Source of the DNA: an uncultured cyanobacterium
Lineage (GTDB): Bacteria; Cyanobacteriota; Cyanobacteriia; PCC-6307; Cyanobiaceae
Assembly: GCA_963765575.1 (NCBI GenBank)
Contig: CAVXWZ010000008.1
Coordinates: forward strand, 256,001 to 320,000
Length of the DNA: 64,000 bases
Direction: 5' to 3'
A model generated the notes under the pieces. The model saw only the letters and a list, made by a program, of their open reading frames with translations, had not been told where the DNA came from and made no database searches. Position 1 is the stretch's first letter. Every line of letters starts with the position of its first letter. The position numbers and the translations under genes were made by a program. Below, in pieces: positions 55,260 through 64,000 of this stretch.

Positions 55260-55721
55260 TCAATCCAGCGGGATCTCACCCATGGCGCAGATGCCGTCCC
55301 AGCACAGGGCGGTGTCGGCGGTCCAATGGGGCTCCACGGGAATCCAGGCTTGGCTGCCGCGCCGCATCCTCACCTGCCCGCGGCCGTCGTGCTCGAACCA
55401 CACCCGCTCGCTGCCCACCACCAGGCTCCAGCGCTCGCCCAGGCTCTCGATCCGCATCAGGCAGTCCAGCCAGGGACCGCCATCCAGCCGGCACTGCAGG
55501 GCCACCGGCGGCACGAGCGGCTCGGCCCTCACCGCTGACGCGGTGAGGCTGCCGGCCAGGGGAGTGACCAGCAGCGAAATCAGCACGGCCACCAGGGTCA
55601 GGCCCCAGCGCTGGGGGGGCTGCTGGGGACTGCAGGCTGCCGGCACCGGTTCCGCCGCTTCTGCTTTCAACCTGCGCCGCAGGGGGCGGCAGTCGTCCCG
55701 TGGACTGCCAAGATTTAACAA
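55260..55721 (-). CDS. Hypothetical exported protein; start uncertain
   Basis: Hydrophobic leader, then a Cys/Trp-containing domain (ALCWDGICA). Confidence 0.6.
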   Translation of the reverse strand: MLNLGSPRDDCRPLRRRLKAEAAEPVPAACSPQQPPQRWGLTLVAVLISLLVTPLAGSLTASAVRAEPLVPPVALQCRLDGGPWLDCLMRIESLGERWSLVVGSERVWFEHDGRGQVRMRRGSQAWIPVEPHWTADTALCWDGICAMGEIPLD

Positions 55722-55735
55722 AGTCAGGCCGCTCC

Positions 55736-56008
55736 GTGCCCTCCTATTTCGCCCGCGTCCAGGTTTCGCTCAGGCCCTCGGTGCTCGATCCCGCTGGTGA
55801 GGCCACGCGGGCGGCGGCGGCCCGCCTGGGGGTGGGCGGCGTGCGCCGGCTGCGGATCGGCAAGGCCATCGAGCTGGAGCTGGAGGCCCCCGACCGCGCC
55901 ACGGCCCAGAGTCAGCTGGAGCTGCTCAGCGACCGGCTGCTGGCCAACCCCGTGATTGAGAACTGGAGTCTGGAGATCCGCGAAGCGGCCGGGGGGGAGC
56001 AGGCATGA
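55736..56008 (+). CDS. purS: Phosphoribosylformylglycinamidine synthase PurS
   Basis: [22 protein letters not shown]. Confidence 0.95.
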   Translation: MPSYFARVQVSLRPSVLDPAGEATRAAAARLGVGGVRRLRIGKAIELELEAPDRATAQSQLELLSDRLLANPVIENWSLEIREAAGGEQA

Positions 56009-56658
56009 CCGTGGGCGTGGTGGTGTTCCCCGGGTCCAACTGCGATCGGGATGTGCGCTGGGCCCTGGAGGGCTGCCTGGGGCTGCCGGCGATCGATCTC
56101 TGGCACGAGCAGGAGAGCCTCACGGGCCTTGATGCCGTGGTGCTGCCCGGCGGGTTCAGCTATGGCGACTACCTGCGCTGCGGAGCCATCGCCCGCTTCT
56201 CGCCGCTGTTGCAGGCCCTGCGGCAGTTCGCCGCAGCCGGTGGCCCAGTGCTGGGTATCTGCAACGGGTTCCAGGTGCTCACCGAGATGGGCCTGCTGCC
56301 AGGAGCCCTGACCCGCAACGCCGGCCTGCACTTCATCTGCGAGCCGGCCGGACTGCAGGTGAGCCCCGGACGCTGCAGCTGGCTGCGGGACTACGGGGAG
56401 GGAGAGACCATCCAGTTGCCGATCGCCCATGGCGAAGGGCGGTATCACTGTGATGGCGAGGCCCTCCAGCGGCTGGAGGACAACGGCCAGGTGGTGCTGC
56501 GCTACACCGCCAATCCCAACGGTTCAGTGGGAGATGTGGCGGGCCTGAGCAATGCTGCCGGCAACGTGCTCGGGTTGATGCCGCACCCCGAGCGGGCCTG
56601 TGATGCCGTTACCGGTGGCCTCGATGGGGTGCGGTTGCTGCAGAGCCTGCTCCGTTGA
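56005..56658 (+). CDS. purQ: Phosphoribosylformylglycinamidine synthase PurQ
   Basis: [31 protein letters not shown]. Confidence 0.97.
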   Translation: MTVGVVVFPGSNCDRDVRWALEGCLGLPAIDLWHEQESLTGLDAVVLPGGFSYGDYLRCGAIARFSPLLQALRQFAAAGGPVLGICNGFQVLTEMGLLPGALTRNAGLHFICEPAGLQVSPGRCSWLRDYGEGETIQLPIAHGEGRYHCDGEALQRLEDNGQVVLRYTANPNGSVGDVAGLSNAAGNVLGLMPHPERACDAVTGGLDGVRLLQSLLR

Positions 56659-56696
56659 TGTCCAAGGGGGGCCTCAGGCCCCCACCGACGTGCCGG

Positions 56697-57287
56697 TCAG
56701 TTCACGGCCGCGAAGAAGTCCTTGGACTTCACGGGGTCGGGATTCATCGTCTTGTCGCCGGGCTGCCAGTTGGCGGGGCACACCTCATCGGGGTGGCTCT
56801 GCACGTACTGGAAGGCCTGCAGCACCCGCAGGGTTTCATCGACGCTGCGGCCCACGGGCAGGTTGTTGATCGTGCTGTGCATGATCACGCCCTCGGGATC
56901 GATGATGAACAGGCCACGCAGGGCAACGCCGGCCTCCTCATCAAGAACTTCGTAGGCGCGGGCGATCTCCTTCTTGAGATCGGCCACGAGGGGGTAGCTG
57001 ATGTCACCCAGGCCGCCGTTCTTGCGGTCGGTCTGCACCCAGGCCAGGTGGCTGAACTCACTGTCCACCGAGACACCCAGCACTTCGGTGTTCTTGCTGG
57101 TGAAGTCGCCGTAGCGGTCGGAGAAGGCCGTGATCTCCGTGGGGCACACGAAGGTGAAGTCGAGGGGATAGAAGAACAGCACCACGTACTTGCCGCGGTA
57201 CTGGCTGAGGGACACGGTCTGGAACTCCTGGTCCACCACAGCCGTGGCGGTGAAGTCGGGGGCCTGAAGACCGACGAGTCGGGTCAT
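56697..57287 (-). CDS. 2-Cys peroxiredoxin (AhpC/TSA)
   Basis: [13 protein letters not shown] and EVCPANW. Confidence 0.97.
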   Translation of the reverse strand: MTRLVGLQAPDFTATAVVDQEFQTVSLSQYRGKYVVLFFYPLDFTFVCPTEITAFSDRYGDFTSKNTEVLGVSVDSEFSHLAWVQTDRKNGGLGDISYPLVADLKKEIARAYEVLDEEAGVALRGLFIIDPEGVIMHSTINNLPVGRSVDETLRVLQAFQYVQSHPDEVCPANWQPGDKTMNPDPVKSKDFFAAVN

Positions 57288-57428
57288 GCTCGGTGGGATG
57301 GGTGAAGGGGGCTGACGGGTCTGGAGAGTCGGCGGGGCGTGGTGCGATCCGGAGTGGGGCCGTCGCCAGCCCTGGAGCAAGCCCCAGGCGAAGCGGCGAC
57401 GGGCCTGAGAGTCGAGGCTCGATCGCAG

Positions 57429-57476
57429 GGTGGCCGAATTGCGAGGTGGCCAGCTTGCGAGATGGCCAGATTGCGG
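57429..57476. repeat. 16-nt imperfect tandem repeat x3
   Basis: GGTGGCCGAATTGCGA / GGTGGCCAGCTTGCGA / GATGGCCAGATTGCGG. Confidence 0.8.
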
Positions 57477-57568
57477 GGAGGGCAGATCATTGGCTGGCCC
57501 GTAGACCAGAGCCGGCCCGAGGGCAGATCGGCTCCAGCAAGCGGGCCACCCCGATCCTTCCACCAACG

Positions 57569-57613
57569 TCAGATCGAGATCACTCAGATCGACATCACTC
57601 AGATCGACATCAC
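57569..57613. repeat. 15-nt tandem repeat x3
   Basis: TCAGATCGAGATCAC / TCAGATCGACATCAC / TCAGATCGACATCAC. Confidence 0.92.
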
Positions 57614-57709
57614 AAAGGCGAACTCGTACCGACTTCCAGTTGTCTTTAACAATTTATCACAACTGCCCTGGGGCAGGGCCATAGGCTGGGCCCACAGCAG
57701 CACTGCTCC

Positions 57710-57934
57710 ATGGCCTGGGATCCCGCCGTCTTGCGCAAACACAACAGCACCAGCCACTTCCGTCTGCTCACGCAGCTGCGCAACGAACTGCGCGATGCCC
57801 CCCTGGTGCGGCCGAAGGAGGGTGAGCGCATCGGCGAAGTGAACCGCAGCAAATCGATGGTGCGCGCTGTCGAGAACAAGATCGCCAGCATGGCCCGCAA
57901 CCGGCGCTCCGGCGGCTCCGACCAGCGCCGCTGA
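57710..57934 (+). CDS. Small hypothetical protein (74 aa)
   Basis: MAWDPAVLRKHNSTSHFRLLTQLRNEL...; TAGGCT -10-like at 57682-87 upstream. Confidence 0.75.
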   Translation: MAWDPAVLRKHNSTSHFRLLTQLRNELRDAPLVRPKEGERIGEVNRSKSMVRAVENKIASMARNRRSGGSDQRR

Positions 57935-58028
57935 GCGCCCAGCTACACCCCTCCCCGGGGCCCCAGCCGGCCCGGCGGCCCCACCCGGGGATCCTGTCCG
58001 CCCGGCGTCCTCAGCCCGCCCTCTTGCC

Positions 58029-58880
58029 ATGGCCCTGGTTCAGCGCGACCTTCCTTACCCCCACTGGGAGTTCAGGGATCCAGACAGTGGCGACCTGCTG
58101 CGGCTGGTGCCCGAACGCGGCGGCCTGATCAGCGGTTGGCTCAGTGGCGGCCGCGAACGCCTCTACCTGGATGAGGATCGTTTCCGGGATCCGTCCCTAT
58201 CGGTGCGGGGTGGCATTCCCGTGCTGTTTCCCATCTGCGGCGGCCTGCCCGGTGGGGTGCTGCCCCTGCCCCAGGGGCGCTTTGCCCTGCCCCAGCATGG
58301 CTTTGCCCGCGACATGCCCTGGCGGATGCGCCCCCTCGACGACGGTCGCGGCGTCGCCCTGGAGCTGGAACACTGCGGCGCCACGCTGGCGCTCTACCCC
58401 TACCGCTTCCGCCTGCAGCTGGAACTGCGGCTCGCGCCGCGCAGTCTGGAGATCACCGCAGTGGTGCACAACCAGGACGAGCTCACCATGCCCTTCTGCT
58501 TTGGGCTGCATCCCTATTTCAGGGTCGCCGACCTGGCCACGGCGCGGGTCGAGGGGCTGCCAGCCCGCGGCCTCGATCAGCTCACCGGCCAGCCCTGCGA
58601 CAACAACCAGCAGCTCGACCTGCTGGCTGAGGGCATCGACCTGCTGGCCGGGGCCGCCCCGAGCGTGCGGCTGCTGGATCCCCGCGCCAGCACCGCGGTG
58701 GAGCTGGAGACCAGCGCTCCCCTGGATCTGGTGGTGATCTGGAGTGATCCCCCCAGGCCGATGGTGTGCCTGGAACCGTGGACAGCCCCCCGCGGCGCCC
58801 TGGTCAGTGGCGACCGCCGACTGGAGCTGGCACCGGGCGGCAACACTCGGCTGCACTGCCACTACCGCGCGCTGGCCTGA
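58029..58880 (+). CDS. Aldose 1-epimerase / galactose mutarotase-like protein
   Basis: RGGIPVLFP, QHGFAR, GLHPYF, VCLEPW. Confidence 0.9.
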   Translation: MALVQRDLPYPHWEFRDPDSGDLLRLVPERGGLISGWLSGGRERLYLDEDRFRDPSLSVRGGIPVLFPICGGLPGGVLPLPQGRFALPQHGFARDMPWRMRPLDDGRGVALELEHCGATLALYPYRFRLQLELRLAPRSLEITAVVHNQDELTMPFCFGLHPYFRVADLATARVEGLPARGLDQLTGQPCDNNQQLDLLAEGIDLLAGAAPSVRLLDPRASTAVELETSAPLDLVVIWSDPPRPMVCLEPWTAPRGALVSGDRRLELAPGGNTRLHCHYRALA

Positions 58881-58958
58881 GGCCGGGCGGCAGCGCCACA
58901 GCGACCGCCGAAGCGAGCGCCACAGCGATCGGCCCAGGCTTGCAACTGTGCCTTGCTA

Positions 58959-59014
58959 TTGAGAGTCGCTTGCAAAAGGGCCCCCGGACGGCCTAGGTTG
59001 CGATCAGTTCTCAA
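58959..59014 (+). promoter_or_regulatory. Two Fur-like boxes upstream of the Crp/Fnr regulator
   Basis: TTGAGAGTCGCTTGCAA (58959-75) and TTGCGATCAGTTCTCAA (58998-59014) resemble TTGAGAATnATTCTCAA-type Fur palindromes. Confidence 0.6.
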
Positions 59015-59034
59015 CAAGCAGCGCTGCACTCGTG

Positions 59035-59628
59035 ATGGGCTTCCGTTTTCTGCCAGACGATGCCGTGGCTGCCGTGCGCGTCCCCGCTGGTCAGTCCGTG
59101 CTGATCGACGCCAGCCCGCACTCCGCCAGCAACTCGATCGAGGTGCTCGAAGGGATGGCCCGGGTGTACTGCCCCTGCGAGGAAACCGAAGGCATGACCA
59201 TCGCCTTCCTGCAGCCCGGCGATCAGCTGCGCACTGATCGTCTCTGCAGCGAGGGCGTCTGCGTGGAGGCCCTCACGCCCCTGTGCTTCCGCAACCACGG
59301 CGAGGTGTCCGACCGGCAGGGCTTCGATGCCGTCAACGAATGGACATTGCAGTTGCTGCGCATTCGCCACCTGGGCTCCGCCGAACAGCGGCTGCATGCC
59401 CTGCTGGCCCTGCTGGTCAACCGCCTGGGTCGGCGCTGCGGCGCCTGGTGCGACCTGCCCTTCCGCCTCACCCATGAGCGCATCGGCGAGCTGATCGGCA
59501 CCACCCGCGTCACCACCACCCGTCTGATCTCCCGCTTCCGCCATGCCCAGTTGATCGAGGTGCCCAGCGGGACCTCCGGATTGCGGCTGGCACCGGCCCT
59601 GATCGAATCCGCCCCCCTGGCGGCCTGA
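59035..59628 (+). CDS. Crp/Fnr family transcriptional regulator (Cys-rich, IdiB-like context)
   Basis: HTH LTHERIGELIGTTRVTTTR; AEQRLHALL; multiple Cys (YCPC, LC, VC, LC, CGAWC). Confidence 0.88.
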   Translation: MGFRFLPDDAVAAVRVPAGQSVLIDASPHSASNSIEVLEGMARVYCPCEETEGMTIAFLQPGDQLRTDRLCSEGVCVEALTPLCFRNHGEVSDRQGFDAVNEWTLQLLRIRHLGSAEQRLHALLALLVNRLGRRCGAWCDLPFRLTHERIGELIGTTRVTTTRLISRFRHAQLIEVPSGTSGLRLAPALIESAPLAA

Positions 59629-59921
59629 TGCGCCGATCCACACCGGCCAGCGTCTCCGCCTGCTGCCGCACGGCAGACAGCCTCATCGGCAGCCTCTGCC
59701 GCGAAGCGGAGGCCAGCCGCCAACGCTGCCATCAGCTCCAGCACTGCCTGCAGGGCTGCCTGGATTCACGGCTGTTCTCGCGCCTGCAGGGCGAGCGTGA
59801 TCAGCTGCATCAGCGCCGCCAAGAGCTGCTGGCCACGGCCCGGAGCTGGCGGACCAGAGGCGCCGGTGACCCTCTGGCCCTGGCCTTTCTGATCGAGCTC
59901 TGCAGCCGCCCACCGGCCTGA
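59628..59921 (+). CDS. Cys-rich hypothetical protein (97 aa)
   Basis: TGATG coupling to the regulator; helical, 7 Cys. Confidence 0.65.
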   Translation: MRRSTPASVSACCRTADSLIGSLCREAEASRQRCHQLQHCLQGCLDSRLFSRLQGERDQLHQRRQELLATARSWRTRGAGDPLALAFLIELCSRPPA

Positions 59922-59950
59922 TGGCGCGCTGAGCGGAGGCGCTGGGGGGC

Positions 59951-60547
59951 TCAGGCCAGGAGAGCGGGGCTGTGCTCGCCAGCACTCAGCTCACCGTCGA
60001 TCACCAGCAGGGCGGCCGGTTGATGCTGGGCAAAACGCACCCGACCCAGCAGGTGGGCCGCCTGGTTTTCGGCCTGCAGCTGCTGATCCACCACCGGATC
60101 GAGGAACACCGTGGTGCGCACGTCACCGCAGCGCTCGGCCAGGCCATAGAGCTGCTGCAACGAACTGGTGACATCGGTCTCCAGCTGGAACACGGCCGCG
60201 AAGATCTCTTCGGCGCCGCTCCAGCTCTGGCGAGGGGCGGCGAGCCCTTCGAGCACCACGCTCTGACCGCGGGCGATCAGGTAGTCGGCCACATGGGCGG
60301 CATGGCTCTGCTCGTCCAGCGACTCCTGCTTCAGGTAGCCGGAAAAGCCCCGCAGCTCCCGCTCGGCGAACCAGATCGCCAGGGCGAAGTAGGCGGCGCT
60401 GGCCTGGCGCTCCAGGGTGAGGTGCTGCTGAAGTGCCTCGACCAGAGAGGCCTCCATGGGTTGGGCCATGGCCCGACCGGCCGGTCCCAGGGCCGGGGCG
60501 CCCGTGACGTTGGCCGGGCTGCTGCCGGTGCTGGTGAGGGACGTCAA
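59951..60547 (-). CDS. ftn: Non-heme ferritin (start TTG 60547 or ATG 60469)
   Basis: GPAGRAMA, LERQASAAY, ELRGFSGY, EQSHA, LETDVT, VFLDP. Confidence 0.9.
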   Translation of the reverse strand: MTSLTSTGSSPANVTGAPALGPAGRAMAQPMEASLVEALQQHLTLERQASAAYFALAIWFAERELRGFSGYLKQESLDEQSHAAHVADYLIARGQSVVLEGLAAPRQSWSGAEEIFAAVFQLETDVTSSLQQLYGLAERCGDVRTTVFLDPVVDQQLQAENQAAHLLGRVRFAQHQPAALLVIDGELSAGEHSPALLA

Positions 60548-60589
60548 GGGGGGCGGTGCGAGGGGCAGACGCCTTGTCAGCGAAGGCGC

Positions 60590-60603
60590 GTAACAAAAGA
60601 TAC
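60590..60603. promoter_or_regulatory. NtcA-type GTA-N8-TAC palindrome upstream of ferritin
   Basis: GTA-ACAAAAGA-TAC with an A-rich spacer in an otherwise GC-rich intergenic region. Confidence 0.65.
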
Positions 60604-60738
60604 CCAGCCTGGGGCGCCATGGTGGGGGTTGCGGGGCCCAGTCGGGAGCGGCCCCTGACCCCTCAGCCAGTGACGACCCGCCCCACGCTCGTGAGCCAAA
60701 TGCGAAGCCAGCCTGTAGCCCGCTGGCAGGCAGCTTGA

Positions 60739-61140
60739 ATGTCAAGCAAGCTGAATCGAGTCCAGCTGTATGCCATGCACAGCGACACGCCGGCCGGCCT
60801 GATGCCCGCACCCCCGGCGCCAGCACGCCTTGCGGGGCTGGGCCCGGCCCCTGCCGATCTCTCCTCCTCCAGCTGCAACACGGTTCTCGTGCTCACCCCC
60901 CGCAGCTTCCACGACGCCCGCAGGGTGATCGAGGCGGTTCGGGACAACCGCACCGTGCTGGTGAACTCGGCCTGGCTGGAGGACAGCCCCGGCCAGCGGC
61001 TGATCGATTTCGCCTGCGGCGGTATCACCGCGATCTGCGGTCAGGTGCACCGCATCGCCGAGGAGGTGTTCCTGTTCGCCCCCGCTGCGGTGAGGGTCGC
61101 AGGCGATGGCAGCAGCGGCACCCCTGGCCACGGCGCCTGA
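60739..61140 (+). CDS. SepF-domain protein (paralogue); start uncertain
   Basis: VLTPRSFHDARRVIEAVRDNRTVLVN...QRLIDFACGG...IAEEVFLFAP. Confidence 0.8.
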   Translation: MSSKLNRVQLYAMHSDTPAGLMPAPPAPARLAGLGPAPADLSSSSCNTVLVLTPRSFHDARRVIEAVRDNRTVLVNSAWLEDSPGQRLIDFACGGITAICGQVHRIAEEVFLFAPAAVRVAGDGSSGTPGHGA

Positions 61141-61748
61141 CGCTATGGCCATAGGGGCTTATCCGGAATGAGTATGGGTTAGCATCTGGGCCACGCCGGC
61201 TTGCCGGCTCCAGTCCCATCGCCCCCCTCCTGAACCATGGCCGCTCTCGATCGCGTTCCCAGCGTCACCTTCAAGACCCGCGTGCGGGATGAGTCCGTGC
61301 CTGGGCCCAACCCCTACCGCTGGCAGGACCTCACCAGCGATGAGATCTTCAAGGGCAAGAAGGTGGTGCTGTTCGCCCTGCCCGGAGCCTTCACCCCCAC
61401 CTGCTCCTCCAGCCACCTGCCCCGCTACGAAGAGCTCCATGAGGAGTTTCGGGCCCACGGGGTCGATCGGATCATCTGCCTCTCGGTGAACGACGCCTTC
61501 GTGATGTTCCAGTGGGGCAAGCAGGTGGGGGCCAAGAACGTCGTCCTGCTGCCCGATGGCAACGGTGAATTCACCCGCAAGATGGGCATGCTGGTCGACA
61601 AGTCAAACCTTGGCTTCGGTCTGCGCTCCTGGCGCTATTCGATGCTCGTCAACGACGGCCAGATCGAGAAGGTCTTTCTGGAGCCTGAATTCGGGGACAA
61701 CTGCCCGATTGATCCCTTCGAGACCTCCGACGCCGACACCATGCTGGC

Positions 61749-62516
<768 letters not shown>

Positions 62517-62563
62517 CGGGGAGGCTCTCGGTGACGGGGTTCTAACGCAGGCCCCGCCTGCCA

Positions 62564-63088
62564 TCAGCGCTGGGCGATCAACTCGCCAAGGGCGGCCGTG
62601 GGGGCGGGGCCGAGCACCAGGGTCGTCCGCTCGCCGTTGCTGAGGGGGATGCGAAGCACCACCGGCCCCTCCGCCCGGGGCGGGCTGGTGAGCGGATCGA
62701 GGCCGAACTGGGCGCTCTCAGGCGGCAGCTCCTGGGTGTCGGGGGGCACCAGTTCGTTGCTGCGGTTGGGCAGACGCCAGGTGCCGGCGAAGGCATCGGC
62801 CAGCTCCAGCGGCAAGCGGTGACTCGGTGAGCCTCCCTGGCCCGCTGGGGCGCTGAGGGCGGTGAGCCGCAGCCGGGCACCGGCGGGGTAGGCCGGATCG
62901 GGCTGGGCAAAGAGGCTCAGCACCCAGCGCTGCTCCTGTCGATCACTCAGGGTCCAGCGTCCTGGAGGGTCGGCGGCCCAGAGGACTGCGGGTTGAAGCA
63001 GCAGGGCCATCAGCACCAGGGCGCCAGTCACCAGGGCGGCGCTGCGGCGCCGCCAGCGCCTCGCCACCCGTGCATACAACGACGTCAT
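62564..63088 (-). CDS. Exported hypothetical protein (DUF3122-like)
   Basis: Signal-like N-terminus; [14 protein letters not shown]...RLRL...HRLPLEL. Confidence 0.65.
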   Translation of the reverse strand: MTSLYARVARRWRRRSAALVTGALVLMALLLQPAVLWAADPPGRWTLSDRQEQRWVLSLFAQPDPAYPAGARLRLTALSAPAGQGGSPSHRLPLELADAFAGTWRLPNRSNELVPPDTQELPPESAQFGLDPLTSPPRAEGPVVLRIPLSNGERTTLVLGPAPTAALGELIAQR

Positions 63089-63136
63089 TGGCTGCTCTCT
63101 ATGCGGCTATAGTCATACCAGAGCCACCGCATCGCC

Positions 63137-64000
63137 ATGGCCTCCGCTCCGCACGCTCCCATCTCCCTGGTCGCCGCCGCCGGCGCTGGCCCGCTGCTGA
63201 TCCGGCAGCTGTTCGATGCCGAAACCGGCACGTTCACCTATCTGCTTGCCGATGCACGCAGCCGCCAAGGGCTGATCATCGACACGGTGTTCGAGCAGCA
63301 CCGGCGCGATCTCTCCCTGGTTCGGGAGCTGGACGTCGAACTGCTGGCCTGCCTCGACACCCACGTGCATGCCGACCACGTCACCGGCAGTTGGCTGATG
63401 CATACCGCCACCGGTTGTGGGATCGGCTTGGCCGCCGCCGGCGGGGCCGACAACGTCACCATGCCGCTGCGCCATGGTGATCGCGTGGGCTTTGGTGAGC
63501 GCCATCTGGAGGTGCGCAGCACCCCGGGCCACACCGATGGCTGCCTCACCTATGTGCTCGACGACCAGTCGCTGGCCTTCACCGGCGACGCCCTGCTGGT
63601 GCGGGGTTGCGGGCGCTGCGATTTCCAGCAGGGCAATGCCCACACCCTGTGGAACTCCATCAGCGAGCAGATCTTCAGCCTGCCCGATGCCTGCCAGCTT
63701 TACCCCGGCCACGACTACACCGGCCGCAGCGTCACCTCGGTGGTGGAGGAGAAGGCCTTCAACATCCGTCTGGGGGCCGGCGCCACGGCGCGCGATTTCG
63801 TGGGCCACATGGACAACATGGACCTGCCGCACCCGCACCGCATCGCCGAGGCGCTGCCGGGCAACCTGCGTTCCGGCAAACCCCGCGAAGCGCCGGCAGC
63901 CCCGGACTGGGCGCCCCTATTCCGCAGCTATGCCGGCCTGCCCGAGCTGACCCCGGCCTGGGTGGCGGCCCATCGCCCGGACGTGACCATCCTCGACGTG
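63137..64000 (+). CDS. Persulfide dioxygenase (ETHE1-like MBL) fused to rhodanese, truncated by window end
   Basis: ATG 63137: IRQLFDAETGTFTYLL, DTHVHADHVTG, TPGHTDG, GCGRCDFQQG, PGHDY, then PELTPAWV...TILDV rhodanese start. Confidence 0.9.
   Translation, partial: MASAPHAPISLVAAAGAGPLLIRQLFDAETGTFTYLLADARSRQGLIIDTVFEQHRRDLSLVRELDVELLACLDTHVHADHVTGSWLMHTATGCGIGLAAAGGADNVTMPLRHGDRVGFGERHLEVRSTPGHTDGCLTYVLDDQSLAFTGDALLVRGCGRCDFQQGNAHTLWNSISEQIFSLPDACQLYPGHDYTGRSVTSVVEEKAFNIRLGAGATARDFVGHMDNMDLPHPHRIAEALPGNLRSGKPREAPAAPDWAPLFRSYAGLPELTPAWVAAHRPDVTILDV

Noticed and set aside
57429..57613. Possible CRISPR array
   Set aside because: Units are 15-16 nt, directly adjacent, with no unique spacers and no cas genes
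57339..57842. 167-aa ORF containing QIDIT repeats
   Set aside because: Overlaps the better supported 74-aa gene, and the repeats are explained by the DNA tandem repeat
61160..61190. PerR-like box upstream of type II peroxiredoxin
   Set aside because: CCGGAATGAGTATGG has only weak dyad symmetry and cannot be supported by eye

Overview
This is a high-GC chromosomal segment from a picocyanobacterium, most likely Cyanobium or a freshwater Synechococcus. The assignment rests on psb28, apcF, pcyA, GUN4, chlP, SipA, a short EF-Ts and the glpX-hemA-glgC-gnd-pgl order. The first ~56 kb is mostly core housekeeping: secDF, glnA with a canonical NtcA promoter, devBCA, rpsB-tsf, recG, sir, glyS, typA, lptA/B/FG, ccsA, rpe, ilvD and purSQ. 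The last ~7.5 kb is a dense iron/oxidative-stress cluster. It holds a 2-Cys peroxiredoxin, a Cys-rich Crp/Fnr regulator preceded by two Fur-like boxes and coupled to a Cys-rich small ORF, ferritin with an NtcA-type palindrome over its putative -10, a SepF paralogue, a type II peroxiredoxin, an exported Mn-type SOD and a persulfide dioxygenase-rhodanese fusion. Other notable points are an unannotated 51-aa very basic gene with its own promoter, RBS and terminator near rpsB, two +1 frameshifts (devC and a YcjF/DUF697 GTPase), a degenerate Upp, a pseudoknotted rpsB leader and recurrent short tandem duplications. I saw no tRNA, rRNA, CRISPR array, transposase, integrase or prophage gene. All calls come from reading the sequence; no database searches were run.
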